A stretch of DNA of 64,000 bases from the human T2T-CHM13v2.0 reference genome, Homo sapiens. The notes below the pieces were generated by a model. It was given only the letters and a program-made list of their open reading frames with translations. It was not told where the DNA came from and did no database searches. The stretch lies in NCBI RefSeq assembly GCF_009914755.1, contig NC_060927.1; one strand, written 5' to 3'. A program made the translations under genes and the position numbers. Positions 24,636-37,440 of the stretch are shown piece by piece (the first letter of the stretch is position 1; every line of letters starts with the position of its first letter).

Positions 24636-26382
24636 TATTTCTTTCTGTTTCTAATTGAGGTATCTAGAGAGATTAAGAAATTCAGGTTATTTTTCTTATT
24701 ACTTTAGTCAACAATTATCATATATGATTATAATCTAGACTTGGAAATATTTACCTAAAATATTCAGTCACTATATTCAAGCATACATACACACACTCCC
24801 CACCACAAATACACACAAACACTTTGCTCATTTCATTTGTTTTTCATTGTTAGGAGAGCAGTTGGTCAGAATTTATTGAAAGTACGGGTGAAATGACTGC
24901 TACACACATTTTATGATCTTACCAAGAAAAAATTAAGAACTTGATCCTGTTATAGAATGGAACATAGTATCCAGATCTCAGAGTCTCTATCACGATCTGC
25001 GTTTGGGACAAGTAAAGGTCCCCTGGCCCTTGTTCAATTGCTTAATGGAAAAGACTCCAAAGACAGAATGCCACTGGTGTTCTTCCAATTATAGAATCAT
25101 CTGATTAGAATTACAGTAAATGCATAGCTCAGTTTGCATTGTCCTGAGGTGAACCGCAAACCAAGCTGCTCTGGTTGGAGCATCGGAGGGTACTGAATGC
25201 TGAAAGCCCACTACCTCATCTCAGCGGGGCACTCATACAAGGGCTAACTTGGAAAGGGACAGATACCAGTTAGGATATTCCACTTCTGGGGACCCTGGAG
25301 CTCTGGGGGCCAGAGCTAGATGGATTATTTAATTAATGTTTAGTAGAAATAGTCAAATAGCACACACTCTAGACATTAAGCCAATCCAGACCTTTGGACT
25401 GAATTGGAGGGAAGATTTGTCTTCGTGACTATTTTAGAATTAATTATTCTAGTTTATTTCCAGCCTGTCAGCATTGAGTCTTGAGAGGTGGTCTGTAAAA
25501 CACAAGTTTTTCCAATCATGGGGTTGTGTTGTGGTCCCATGGGTTTTCTTGCTCTGTCTGGCCATAGAAGAACAGATCAGGAATCCTACAGAAGAATCCC
25601 AAATCCATTCCTCCCCTTCTACTTATTTCAGTTACAGCTAGAGGGTTGGGACTCATTCGTGTGTTAGAACCAAACCTGACTATTGTGTTATTATTGCTTC
25701 TAATTTAACTACCAGACTGTTAAACATTACTGCCCCAAGCTCAGCCAGGGGTGGGCACTGCACTTTGAAGCCACCAAGTCAATAGTGCTATTGGATGAAA
25801 CTCTGCTCTACTGGACCATGAAATGGGTTTTCAAAGGGACAGAGAATGACAGATGTGTGAGCCGTGAGTAAAACTGTCTCACCAGAGTGGTAACGTTCAT
25901 AATGGAACAGAAAGAAGCACCACAGTGTGATGGGAATCTGTCCAATCAACAGCACAGCCAGGCCAAAGCACAAACCAGGGAACACTTTGGAGATTTGTTT
26001 CCTCATCTACAAAATTCTATTAATACTGCGCATGCTCTCCTGAGACTTACACAACTACATATTTTTTTTTAAGGTAGCAGTTGGAGTCTACTGCTGCAAC
26101 CTGCTAGCTGGGTGACTTTCAGAGTCTCTGTTTCCTCATCCAGGCCTACCGACCTCACAGAGTTATCATGAGCATCCAAGGAAGTGACATGAATTGGGGT
26201 TGCCTTGATTTAAGTTGGGAGGATGATGTCTACTTTCTTATTTTCTAAAAGTCTTCAGTAGAGGAGAGATCAGAAAAGCCCTCTATAAAAGGCTTTCTTA
26301 AGTATTAAGGTTTTTGTCACTTTCCTTCCCTGCTCTGGACCAATTGCAGGAATCATAGATGTAATCAAAATCAGGTGATGTT

Positions 26383-26560
26383 AAAAAAAATCAAATAATT
26401 AGCCAGGTGTGATGGCACACACCTGTAATCCCAGCTACTCAGGAGGCTGTGGCAGGAGAATTGCTTGAACCCAGGGGATGGAGGTTGCAGTAAGCTGAGA
26501 TCATGCTACTGCACTGCAGCCTGGGCAACAGAGTGAGACTCCATCTAAAAAAAAAAAAAA
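26383..26560 (+). mobile_element. 5'-truncated Alu (right monomer only)
   Basis: Starts at the A-rich linker ...AATTAGCCAGGTGTGATGGC and runs to GAGACTCCATCT plus A14. Confidence 0.95.
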
Positions 26561-27149
26561 GTATTGAATATAAGCTATATGCACACATACATTTGCACAC
26601 ATCATTGTGAATATCTTGAAAAGAAAAACATTAATCTTCACAAGCAAACTTATCTGTCAGGCAAGTTTGTTCTTAGCTAGAAACTTGGAAGGAGAGTATT
26701 GGATAGTAGAGATAAAAGAGAAAGCTCTAATGATTGGCTGTTTGGACCAAATCAATCCATCTGCCCATCTCCACCCCAGCTACTCTTGATCATGCTGTTC
26801 ATCACCTTTCCCTTAGCCTGTACTGATTGAACACTACACTGCCTGTATTATGCATCAAATATAATTTGACATCAGTTTAGAGCCACTGGGCCTTTCTCAA
26901 CAGAAAATCTTGAAACTATCTAGAAATTATCTATGAAATGCTGGTACTGAAAGTGTTGTGGAGAAAACTTGTTTGTAGTTTGGTTTTAGGTGACAGAACA
27001 CCAGCAAGAAAGAGAGAAGGCTCTTCCAGACAATAAACATAGGCGACTGGTAGGTCAAGGCCAGGTTAAATGCCACCCAGTGTCCTTCTGGGAGAGCTTC
27101 ATGTCCTAGGAGCATAGCATGTCAAGGCTACCAAGACTCAAAAATCACG

Positions 27150-27295
27150 TACCACCCACCTTGCTTTAGATATGGGGAAACAGGGCCTCAGATTGTGGAC
27201 ATGACCACGTCCAAGGTCACACAGCCTATGGCAGAACCAAAGCTAGAAATCAAAATGCTATGCTCCAACTTCAGGACACTTGTTCCTACAGCACA
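27150..27295 (-). mobile_element. MIR relic
   Basis: AGATATGGGGAAACAGGGCCTCAGA...GTCCAAGGTCACACAGC. Confidence 0.7.
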
Positions 27296-27591
27296 GTGAC
27301 ATTCTGTCAGGCTGTCAAGCTCTCAGGGATGGGAACTTATCAAATAACATGGAAATGTTTTCTCATTTGTCTCTGAAGGTTACAGAGTCTGAGCATTCTT
27401 AGGCTCTTGTACAACAAACAGGAAGACTGCCAGGGCTTTGGCTCCCAGAAAGTGGCAGTCCAGTGCTGTGGAAATCTGGACTCTAGTCTCAGTTCACACA
27501 CTAATGCTTGTGTCTGATGCACTTTGGCTCCAAACTGAAACCCCTTTGTAGCCCCAGGAAGAAAAAGGGTGCTACAAATCAAGAAAAAATG

Positions 27592-27872
27592 GGCCGGGCA
27601 TGGTGGCTCACGCCTGTAATCCCAGCAATTAGGGAGGCTGAGGCTGATGGATCACGAGGTCAGGAGTTCGAGACCAGCCTGGTCAAGATGGTGAAACCCT
27701 GTCTCTACTAAAAATACAAAAATTAGCCAGGCATGGTGGCAGGTGCCTGTAATCCCAGCTATTCAGGAGGCTGAGGCAGGAGAATCGCTGGTACCGGGGA
27801 GGCAGAGGTTGTGGTGAGCCAAGATCGTGCTACTGCACTCTAGCCCGGGAGTTACAGAGCAAGACTCCGTCT

Positions 27873-27905
<33 letters not shown>
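27592..27905 (+). mobile_element. Full-length Alu (AluSg-like) with A32 tail
   Basis: GGCCGGGCATGGTGGCTCACGCC...GGATCACGAGGTCAGGAGTTCGAGACC. Confidence 0.97.
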
Positions 27906-27906
<1 letters not shown>

Positions 27907-28086
27907 AGAGAGAGAGAGAGAAAATGAAGACAGTTTTCTCTTTTCAGGAGCATGCCGAGGAGCACAGTGATGGTGTCAGTGCCCTGCAGCTCTTCAGAGC
28001 CCACCTCTTTATTTAGAGATATGTGAGTATGGAAATGAATACCCACATCTGTCTACTAGAGGCTGACAATATTAAGTCCTGGCCTC

Positions 28087-28096
28087 TGTGTGTGTG

Positions 28097-28139
<43 letters not shown>

Positions 28140-28153
28140 TTGTGTGTGTGTGT
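28087..28153. repeat. (TG)n microsatellite, interrupted
   Basis: ~67 bp of TG with two TT interruptions. Confidence 0.98.
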
Positions 28154-28587
28154 AATTAAAGCTCCAAAGCTCCTCTCTCACTCTAAACATCAACTCCAAC
28201 TTGTTGAATGAATGTCTATAGACAACTTGTATCTTGTCACTTTTTATTAGATTCTGTATTCTGAAAGTCACGTAAGTGTGTTCTATTCCACTCTACAGAT
28301 GAAGACTCTGAGGAACAAACATCCTAGTCACACAGCAAAATCCAGGAGTGGAAGTCAGTGAAAGCTCTGAGACCAGGGCTTAGCAGCTGTTTCCCAGGAT
28401 GAACACAAAGGCATGGCCTGGATAATTGAATTCAGGGACCCCGGCAAGGTGCCACCAGTTTCCCGGCCACCCTATGCTGTTATTTTACTAGAATGTTTGT
28501 TATATCAATTGTCTTCTCTTTGTTAATAGCATCCTTCTGAAGCAGTATTATTCCCTGTCCCTATCCCCTACCCCAGCCACTCTCTCA

Positions 28588-28641
28588 ACACACAAACGCG
28601 TACACACACACACTCACACACACACACACTCACACTCACAC
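28588..28641. repeat. Imperfect (CA)n microsatellite
   Basis: ACACACAAACGCGTACACACACACACTCACACA... Confidence 0.9.
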
Positions 28642-28866
28642 TTGATGTAATTACTCCTATTCAGTGTTCAGATTCAGCTTAAACCCAGTTTCTTCAAATA
28701 ACCCCTTTCTTATCATCAACACTCCCCTAAAACAATTCCTCCTGTTCTGTGGTCTCTCACACCATCTGTCTTTCCTTCTCAACACTATCCCAGTTTGCAA
28801 GCATCCATTGAACTGTGGCCGTCTGATGAGTCTTTGACCACCTTGATGTTGGGGACTATCCATATA

Positions 28867-28882
<16 letters not shown>

Positions 28883-28900
<18 letters not shown>

Positions 28901-29193
28901 TTTTTGAGACAGTTTTACTTTTGTTGTTCAGGCCAGAGTACAATGGTGTGATCTTGGCTCACCATAACCTCCGCCTCCCGGGTTCAAGCGATTCTCCTGC
29001 CTCAGCCTCCTGAGTTGCTGGGATTACAGGCATGCACCACCACACCTGGCTAATTTTTTTTTTTTGTATTTTTAGTAGAGGCAGGATTTCTTCATGTTGG
29101 TCAGGCTGGTCTCAAACTCCCAACCTCAGGTGATCCACCTGCCTCGGCCTGCCAAAGTGCTGAAATTACAGGTGTGAGCCATTGCACCTGGCC
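28883..29193 (-). mobile_element. Full-length Alu (AluSp/Sq-like) with T23 and (TA)n tail, inserted in an L2 relic
   Basis: Antisense Alu with CAATGG and CCAACCTCAGGTGATCC diagnostics; L2-like sequence on both sides (~28660-28860, ~29195-29290). Confidence 0.96.
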
Positions 29194-29379
29194 CTATTCG
29201 TACTTTTTAGCCTCCACTGTACCTCAACACTTTGCCCAGCACCTAGTGTAGAGGAAACATGCAATGAAGAGCTGATGGGTCAACAGAAGAATGAGCAACT
29301 ATTCAAGACTTCAGGAATTCCTCTCTTGTGAGTGGGGCTTTCAAAGCTTCTTTCAACTGCTCAACAACTACCCATCATC

Positions 29380-30060
29380 TGCCAGCCACTCCCACTCTCT
29401 ATTTATACCTGATGTTTCTTGTACTTCCCTTCAGTGTGCTTGTAGTTTCTACAGCGCTGGTTTTCCTGTCCCAGATTCTTTGTCTATCAAAACACTCACT
29501 CTTCAATGTCAGTCTAAAAGTAGCTCTGCAATGTCTTCCTTGAATTCTTCATAGACTATTAAATATCCTTTCCTCTGTTTTCCCACAGCATCCTGTGCTC
29601 AGTGCTATTGTGTGCCAGGGCTGAGATCCTGGGTTATTTATCTCCATATCCCCCAAGAGGGCTCTGCCTGTAGGTAGTACTCAAATAATATTGAGTGAAT
29701 AAATCTAAGGATCAAAGGTTTCCATCATGAGATGCTGAGCTCCTTGACAGCAGGAACCCTCTATTAACCCCTCTGGCACAGTGTGTTGCACATAGTAGGT
29801 ACTAAACTGTGAGTTGAATCAAATGCCATCCTTTCCCAGAGATGATGTAAAGAGGCAAAGTAATATATTGGAAATAGCGTAAACTTTGAAATCCTTCAGG
29901 TCTGTGTGGCCTTGGGAAAATGACTGAACCTCACTGAGCCTCATGTTCCCCATCTGAGGATAACACCACTGCCTAAGACAATTGTGACAAGACATAAATG
30001 TTGATGAGTCTGGCATTGGCGTGGCACACAGGAGGTACCCAGGCTACATCAGCTCCTTTT
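29380..30060 (+). mobile_element. Cluster of L2 3' ends and a MIR
   Basis: GTAGGTAGTACTCAAATAATATTGAGTGAATAAAT; GCACATAGTAGGTACT...GTTGAAT; TGTGTGGCCTTGGGAAAATGACTGAACCTCACTGAGCCTC. Confidence 0.7.
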
Positions 30061-30659
30061 CTCTCTTCTTTCCTGAAGTCACAGAGATTGTCCAGCAGAT
30101 GGGAATGTCCATGCCCAGTGGCTCATGCTCAAACCCTTTCACCCTGACACAGTGCGGGGAGACAGGAATAGGCTCGAAGGATGACTCAGCTCCAGTGACT
30201 AAAGCAAGGAGGTGGTGGTGGTAGGAACGGGGTAGGGGCTAAAAAGGAAGTGAGTTAACACTATATCTGATGAAGGATGACTCCAAAATAAAAAGGGGTT
30301 GGCCCTAGCTGGTTCCTGGCTCTGAAACGGTGCAAGTGAACAGGGGCCTGAGTGCTTCTCCATGACTCCCTCCACCTCATCTCGTGGGGAACTCCCTGCC
30401 TACCCAGGGATGTCTTCCAGAACAAATGCTGAGCATTCTCTCTCCTCTGGAGGCTTTCAGACCAGGCACTAGAGCACACTTGAATGCCACTTTTGATGGA
30501 GTGTTTTTTTAAGAAGTATCCCGTATGACTGAGATCAGCGTGCATGGATTCTAATCCTGACAGCCACCTGGGCCTCTCTCCTCGACTCCAGACAATCTTT
30601 TCCACCCACACCACCACTTTGAAATCCCCAAATATTGCACATGCAGCAAGGTTAGACCA

Positions 30660-31205
30660 GTCTTCCTGCCTGCAGGGTCACCCCAGTCCATTTTCTAGAC
30701 TGTGCACAGAATGATATGTTCAAAACTAATTTATAATTCTGCTATCCCTCTGCTTAACATCCTTCAAGGTTTTCCCAGTTTCTACGGAACAGTCTAGACT
30801 CCTTCATCTGGTGTATAAAGCCTTTCATGATCCAGCACCTCCTCATCTTCTGGCTTTGCTTGCTGACCCCACCCCATAAACTCATACATACAGAGACACA
30901 CCCTACATTTCAGCCAGCTTTCAAGAGTCCTTTTATCAGATCTCACACTTCCCACCCCTGGGTCTCTGAACATGCCACTCCTTCTCACAGCGACACACTT
31001 CTCCACCTTGGGCAAGACTGCATATCTTTCCAGATTGGGTTCAAATGCTGTCTCTGCTGTGTGGGCCTCTCAGATGTCCACTTGGCTCACCGATTGGCAT
31101 TGTGACTTCTTGTTTATGCATGCTTCTCTCCACTAGACTGACAGATCCTTGAAGGCAGGTCCTTCCACAGAATACCTACTCAACAAATGTTTGTGGAATA
31201 CATGA
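30660..31205 (+). mobile_element. L2 relic including 3' end
   Basis: CCCTCTGCTTAACATCCTTCAA...CCACTAGACTG...CCTTGAAGGCAGG...CTCAACAAATGTTTGTGGAATACATGAA. Confidence 0.8.
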
Positions 31206-31904
31206 AATATCAAAAACAGGCACAAAGTAATAAATCAAGCAATTTTTTCTCTGGTCTCCAGTGTTTTCATCTATAAAATATGTATCTGATCTAGGTGCCT
31301 TAAAACCTAGCAGCCTCAGATTTTATACTGTATCATTCTTCAAATACACATGTCACACTCCTGGCCCTCTAAGTAGTAGGAGATATTGCTGGGTTATTTT
31401 TTCCCAAGGAGAGAGTGGAACTCTGGATCCACTGACACTGCAGAAAGGCTGATCTCAGAAGCTCAGGTTGACATCACAAAACTACTGAAAGCCAGTGCAC
31501 TACATAAGGACCCAAAAAAACCCAGGACTCTGGCCATATCACCAGCACAGTCATGGGTATCATTCACCCATATGGGTGATCATTTGCAGGCATTCGTATG
31601 AGCATTGTCATAGTCCTCAGGCAGGCACACAGGGTGACACATTTGTGCAAAGAAAGCCACCCACAGAGCCTCACCTCACCAAGATCACAATCTCCGTGAT
31701 CCCCGCACCTCCCAGCATCACCCACACACTCACACACCCACAGGGTGTCAGGTTGTCTGTCTGCAAATCTGGAGTTCTACACATTGGACCACAGCATCCT
31801 TCAGCAGGGAAATAAGTGCACTTGTGTTCTCATGGCTCTCTCCCTCTGATCTCTATCGTCAGCATGGTCCTCACTGAACAGCTTCTGCCAATATGCTGGC
31901 ATGA

Positions 31905-32135
31905 GACAACCTGAGTTCACCATCAGCCTTGTGTGGGAAAATTGATTAGTTTCCATGAGCCTCAGTTTTCTCATCTATAAGATGGGACTAGTGGCCCTGC
32001 TTACTCTTTTCTTACATAGGTACTGCCAACTAATTACTTAATTAATTCAATAAGTATTGAATTAATGCATGCAAATGCACCTCATAAACACAGGCACAAT
32101 GCAAATGTGTGGAAGTCACAGAAATAATAATGTTG
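31905..32135 (+). mobile_element. MIR relic
   Basis: ACCTGAGTTC...TGAGCCTCAGTTTTCTCATCTATAAGATGGG. Confidence 0.7.
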
Positions 32136-32429
32136 GTGGACAGTAGTTTCTGGCTCTAATGAAATGCTCCTTTTCCAATAAAAAGGAACAATTCAAAATC
32201 GAATAGTTATTGAATACATATTACATGAAAGGGATTATCACCAACCATAAGTAACTATTTCAAAGCTGTATTAGACAGTGCTGTAGTATGTTTGTGTCTG
32301 AAGGAAAATGTTTCATATTTCATGGTTTTAATATATATACATTTTAGTACATTTTACACAAATGGAAAGAGAAATAATATTTTCATATGTACAATATGAA
32401 ACTATGGACATATATGCAATAATATTTTC

Positions 32430-32460
32430 GTGTGTGTGTGTGTGTGTGTGTTTGTGTTTG
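32430..32460. repeat. (TG)n microsatellite
   Basis: ~11 perfect TG units followed by degenerate units. Confidence 0.95.
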
Positions 32461-32593
32461 AGAAGAAAACACTACCTATGAGTCAGGAATGAAGTGTAAT
32501 GAAAAAAAAGCATGAATTTTGGAATAAAACATACACACCTAGATTCACATCCTGATTATTACTTATTAGCTTTTTGACTTGGGACAAATTGTA

Positions 32594-32912
32594 TTATTTT
32601 TTGTTATTTTTATTTTATTTATGTTTTTATTATTTTATTATTTTATTTTTATAAGGTTTCAAAAACTGATATGTAATAGTTGTACATATTTTGAGCATAC
32701 CTGTGATATTTTGATACATGCGTACAATGTGTAATGACCAAGTTAGGGTAACTGGAATAGTCATCACCGACATCATTTATCTTTTCTTTGTGTTAGGAAC
32801 ATTATAACTCTTCTTTCCTAGCTATTTTGAAATATACAAAAAATATTGCTAACTGTAATTATCCTACTGTACTATTGAATACTAGAACTTATTCCTTCTA
32901 TCTAACAGTATT
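32594..32912 (-). mobile_element. L1MA-class 3' end (L1MA4/5-like) nested in a MIR (~32485-33070)
   Basis: T-rich tail then TTGTACATATTT...TGATATTTTGATACATGCGTACAATGTGTAATGA...CTAGCTATTTTGAAATATACA...ACTAGAACTTATTCCTTCTATCTAAC; MIR core split at TGACTTGGGACAA // CAAGTTTTAA...GCCTCAATTTCCCCAT. Confidence 0.88.
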
Positions 32913-33239
32913 TCAGGGAACAAGTTTTAAATTTACTAAAGCCTCAATTTCCCCATACTAAAAAATGGAAATAAAAAACTTAGCTCATAAGTCTGCTGGG
33001 TAAATCACTTTGAAAAATTATAATATTGAATAGTCACTAGGACAGAGAGGGCTCAATAAGTGTCACTGTTGCCCATTTTGTGTTCTCTGTCTCACTAACC
33101 CTCTGTGTGACCTGGGACAAATCGCTCCGCCCCTTGGAGCATGTTTTCTCACCATAGAATGGGAGAGAAGAGTTTGATGATTCCATGGATTCCTTCCAGC
33201 CCCAGGAGTCACAGTATCCTATATCCAGTATCTGTTTTA

Positions 33240-34060
33240 TGCATGCACGTGGGTTTAAGTAATCAGGGCAGCCAAGGGGTGGCCCCTTCAGCCTAGCGTT
33301 TGCTCAATTTCCAAAGCGTTTCCTTTCTCTGAACGTGCCAGTTGCTCACTTTCATATTTTCAATACAGGGCCCATTGATGACCACAAAAAGGAATGTCCA
33401 GTGCAGCTGCGGGTCCACTTGAGCCCTCCAAGCAAGCACTCTCAAGCCCGCTCTGTCTGGGAGCTCTGTGTTTTCAGAGCCTGTTGTTGCAGCGATGCCT
33501 GGAATCCTTAACACCTGCACACCAGCTTCCTGGGCATTTCCACACCCTCCCCCTCCCCACCTCCTGCATCTCCCATTTGCATCTGAAATGCAGCTGCTCT
33601 GGGCCCTATAGAGGAAAGCCAAATGGACAGGACATCTCCTTGTTTGTTCTCCCTCCCCTGAGTCAAACCGAATCTGAAGCTCCTCTGTGCGACGCCTTTG
33701 TTGCCTCCTCATTATGTTTAAATGAGCCTCATCTGCAGGAGGATTTTTTTTTAATAAAATAAAATAAAACCACCACAAAAGACCAAAGCATATGACATCT
33801 GCTCTTTCGATGAAAGCTTTTTTTGTCCCGAATTAGACTAAAAAAAGAAGAAGAAAACATGAAAGAAAAAAGAACGGGGCTGGGCCTCATTTTTACCATT
33901 CCTCCCAAGAAACAAAACAAACAGAATTAGTGTATGCTGGAGGCAAAGGGTGTGGAATGGATAACAAGAAAAAAAAAGGGGGAGAAAAGATGAAATAAAA
34001 GGAGAACTTCCTACTTCTCCAGCAGTGTTTTGCCATCACTCTACGTCAGGAATATTCAGA
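33240..34060. promoter_or_regulatory. Candidate enhancer (repeat-free; AP-1, E-box and CRE-like motifs)
   Basis: CACGTG ~33246, CAGCTG twice, TGAGTCA 33659-33665, TACGTCA ~34042; mildly raised CpG. Confidence 0.4.
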
Positions 34061-34296
34061 CACCATTACTTAGGTGGCCATTACTTTGAGAGAATGTTCA
34101 AATTTATATTTCCTATGCTCATTTCACAGGTAAAACTTTTAACAACTCTTTAGCCATTATCCCATCCTCCCCAAGTAATATCCATGTTTATTGAGTACTG
34201 CAGGTGGGTCTGGTATAGGTTGTACCTGAAGAATAATTTGAAAAACTATTATCTGTATGCTGATAACACCCAAATCTTTATCTCCACCTTATCTCT

Positions 34297-34390
34297 CTAC
34301 TACTAAACTACTAACTACTACTACTACTATAACTACTACTACTATTACTAGAATACTAACTATTACTACTACTACTAGTCTACTAACTAG
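34297..34390. repeat. Imperfect (ACT)n trinucleotide repeat
   Basis: CTACTACTAAACTACTAACTACTACTACTACTATAACTACTACT... Confidence 0.93.
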
Positions 34391-35065
34391 ACCTCCCAAC
34401 CTGGCTCACACACTAAACACACCACCTGTCTGCCAACACCTGCTTCTTGCCCGGTGTTCCCTTCTCCCTGAATGGTACTCAGTACCCCCACAAAACTCTT
34501 GAGTTATCATCCTCAACAGCTTCCTCCTCCTCAAGCATGCCCTATCCAACCCATTGCCAAGTCCCATTAATGTTCCATCTAAAACTCTCCTGATCTCTTT
34601 TCCTTTCTCCTTCTCCATCGCCACAGCCTGAGTCCAGGTCACCTTCCTCTCTTTCATCTAGACATGTCACACCCAGCACTCAGCATTGCTGATTGTGATC
34701 GCTTCTTGATCAAAACACTTTTTAGTTCCAAGGTGGAGCCTAATCCTTTTATGTAGCTTCCCAGATGTTCATGTGCTGGCTCCTGCCACCCTCTCTGACT
34801 AATCCCCGTCTACCATCCTCTAATCCATCCCAACCTAAATTCCTTCAGTCCTCTACCCAGCTTCATGCTCTTTCACCTGAGGCCTTTGCACATGCTGGCT
34901 TCTCTACCTGAAATACTCTTCCAACTCTGTATCTAAGGTGTTACCAGCCTAGCTATGTTTCCCAGGCAAACATCATAGTGTCCAAGGCGGATCCTTGATC
35001 TTCTATGCGTATCTTTCTATATCTTTCATCCACTTAGCTTCTTGAGGGTCAGGGACCCTCTGTTT
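34390..35065 (+). mobile_element. L2 relic
   Basis: GAGTTATCATCCTCAACAGCTTCCTC...CCATCGCCACAGCCTGAGTCCAGG...GGCCTTTGCACATGCTG...CTTCTTGAGGGTCAGGGACC. Confidence 0.8.
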
Positions 35066-36493
35066 TGAGGGGGGAAAAAAAAAGAAAAAAAAAACTTCCT
35101 GAATGAGAACCCAACCATTTTTTTAGACCCAACATAGCAAGCTTAAAGTTTTATTTTGATGATGGGATTTGCCAGTAGTTGGGTGACATCTTTGTTTCTC
35201 TTCTGTTAATCTCACATTCTTTCCAGGGTTTTCTTTCCTTGGGAAGTAGAGATGGAACATGTATGCCAAACAAGACAGTGGGATGGTTCCAACCAAAGAC
35301 TCTTTGTCTACTAGATTTCTAGTTATGAATGAGCGGGGGAGGTTGAATTTGCTTATTATTAAAACCTCTCCACATACTGGAATTTTAAAATCTAGCATAC
35401 ATACAGAGCTGAGATCGAAAATCTGGTGTGAGATCAATGCTTCTAACCAATTGAGGACCTGAACTCAATCCATTTCTTTAACAACCAGGTGGTTCAACTA
35501 TAAGTGATACTCTTCTCCCATCTTGAGCTGAATCACATGCGTTCTGGAGTGGCCAAAGAAGAGCAGGAAGAATTGAAAGTGATAGAAATAACCAGTTGAT
35601 GTTTATTGAACATTGAGTGTCACCCTGTAAAAAATACTATGACATTTGTAATTCAGTTTAGTTTTAAATGCCCTGATATGGTCAATATACTAAACTTTGA
35701 TTTTACAGATAAATCAAAGTTCGGAGATACTCACTGGCTTCCTAAAGACTTGTAGCTTCTTTTGCTCCTTTGACTCTTTTTATTCTTACCTCCCTGCAGG
35801 TTTCTGTGTCCACCCTGGAAAAAATTCTTGAGCCAGAAAGAAATCAGAGCTAGGGTTCTAAGAGAACATATCTGGAGAAATTCTGGGCTCTGATATCTCA
35901 AGGCTTGGAGGGAATAAGCAAAGAGAAGGCCACCCAGGAAGCAGAGGGACTGGGCCTTGAGTTTTCTGATAAAGGATTGGGAGAACAGTGGAATTCCGCA
36001 CTTAGTATCTTCTCTAACAACTTTTGAGCATCTTTTTAAATCTCTCCAAGGTTATTTAGACAATAAGAAATTTCTAAAGAAAAGGTAGATGGTGAGGAAT
36101 AAGGCTTCAACTGTTGACTTAAAAGTGTTAAGTGTTCCTTCATAATTTACCTGGCTTGTTAATGGCAGAGACAGTGACTAACAGGGTTACAGAAAGGGAG
36201 ATGCCACAATGGTGAGGTTACCCTTCATGTTCTTCATGGGTTAAAGAACAGGGGTTGTCTCTACTCCCTACTGCATGAGCTACTGAACTTTGAATGGAGT
36301 GGAGAAAGAAAAAACAAAAAACTATCTGTCTCATGTTTCTTCCATAGTCAATTGATATCCTAACATCTCAAAGTTCAGTGTGAAACAAATACCAGAATGA
36401 ATTCCATAGCTAGCTGTAGAATAATGATGACAAGACTATTTCCATATTATGGCTGAGGAATTTTAAGTATTATGAAAGTCAATGGGTTGCCCA

Positions 36494-37440
<947 letters not shown>

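Noticed and set aside
24660-26040. 1.4-kb repeat-free block as a gene exon or miRNA
   Set aside because: No recognisable ORF, convincing hairpin or distinctive motif cluster by eye; a conservation and expression lookup would be needed.
34257-34502. Thr-rich mucin-like ORF
   Set aside because: It is the translation of the (ACT)n microsatellite plus L2 sequence.
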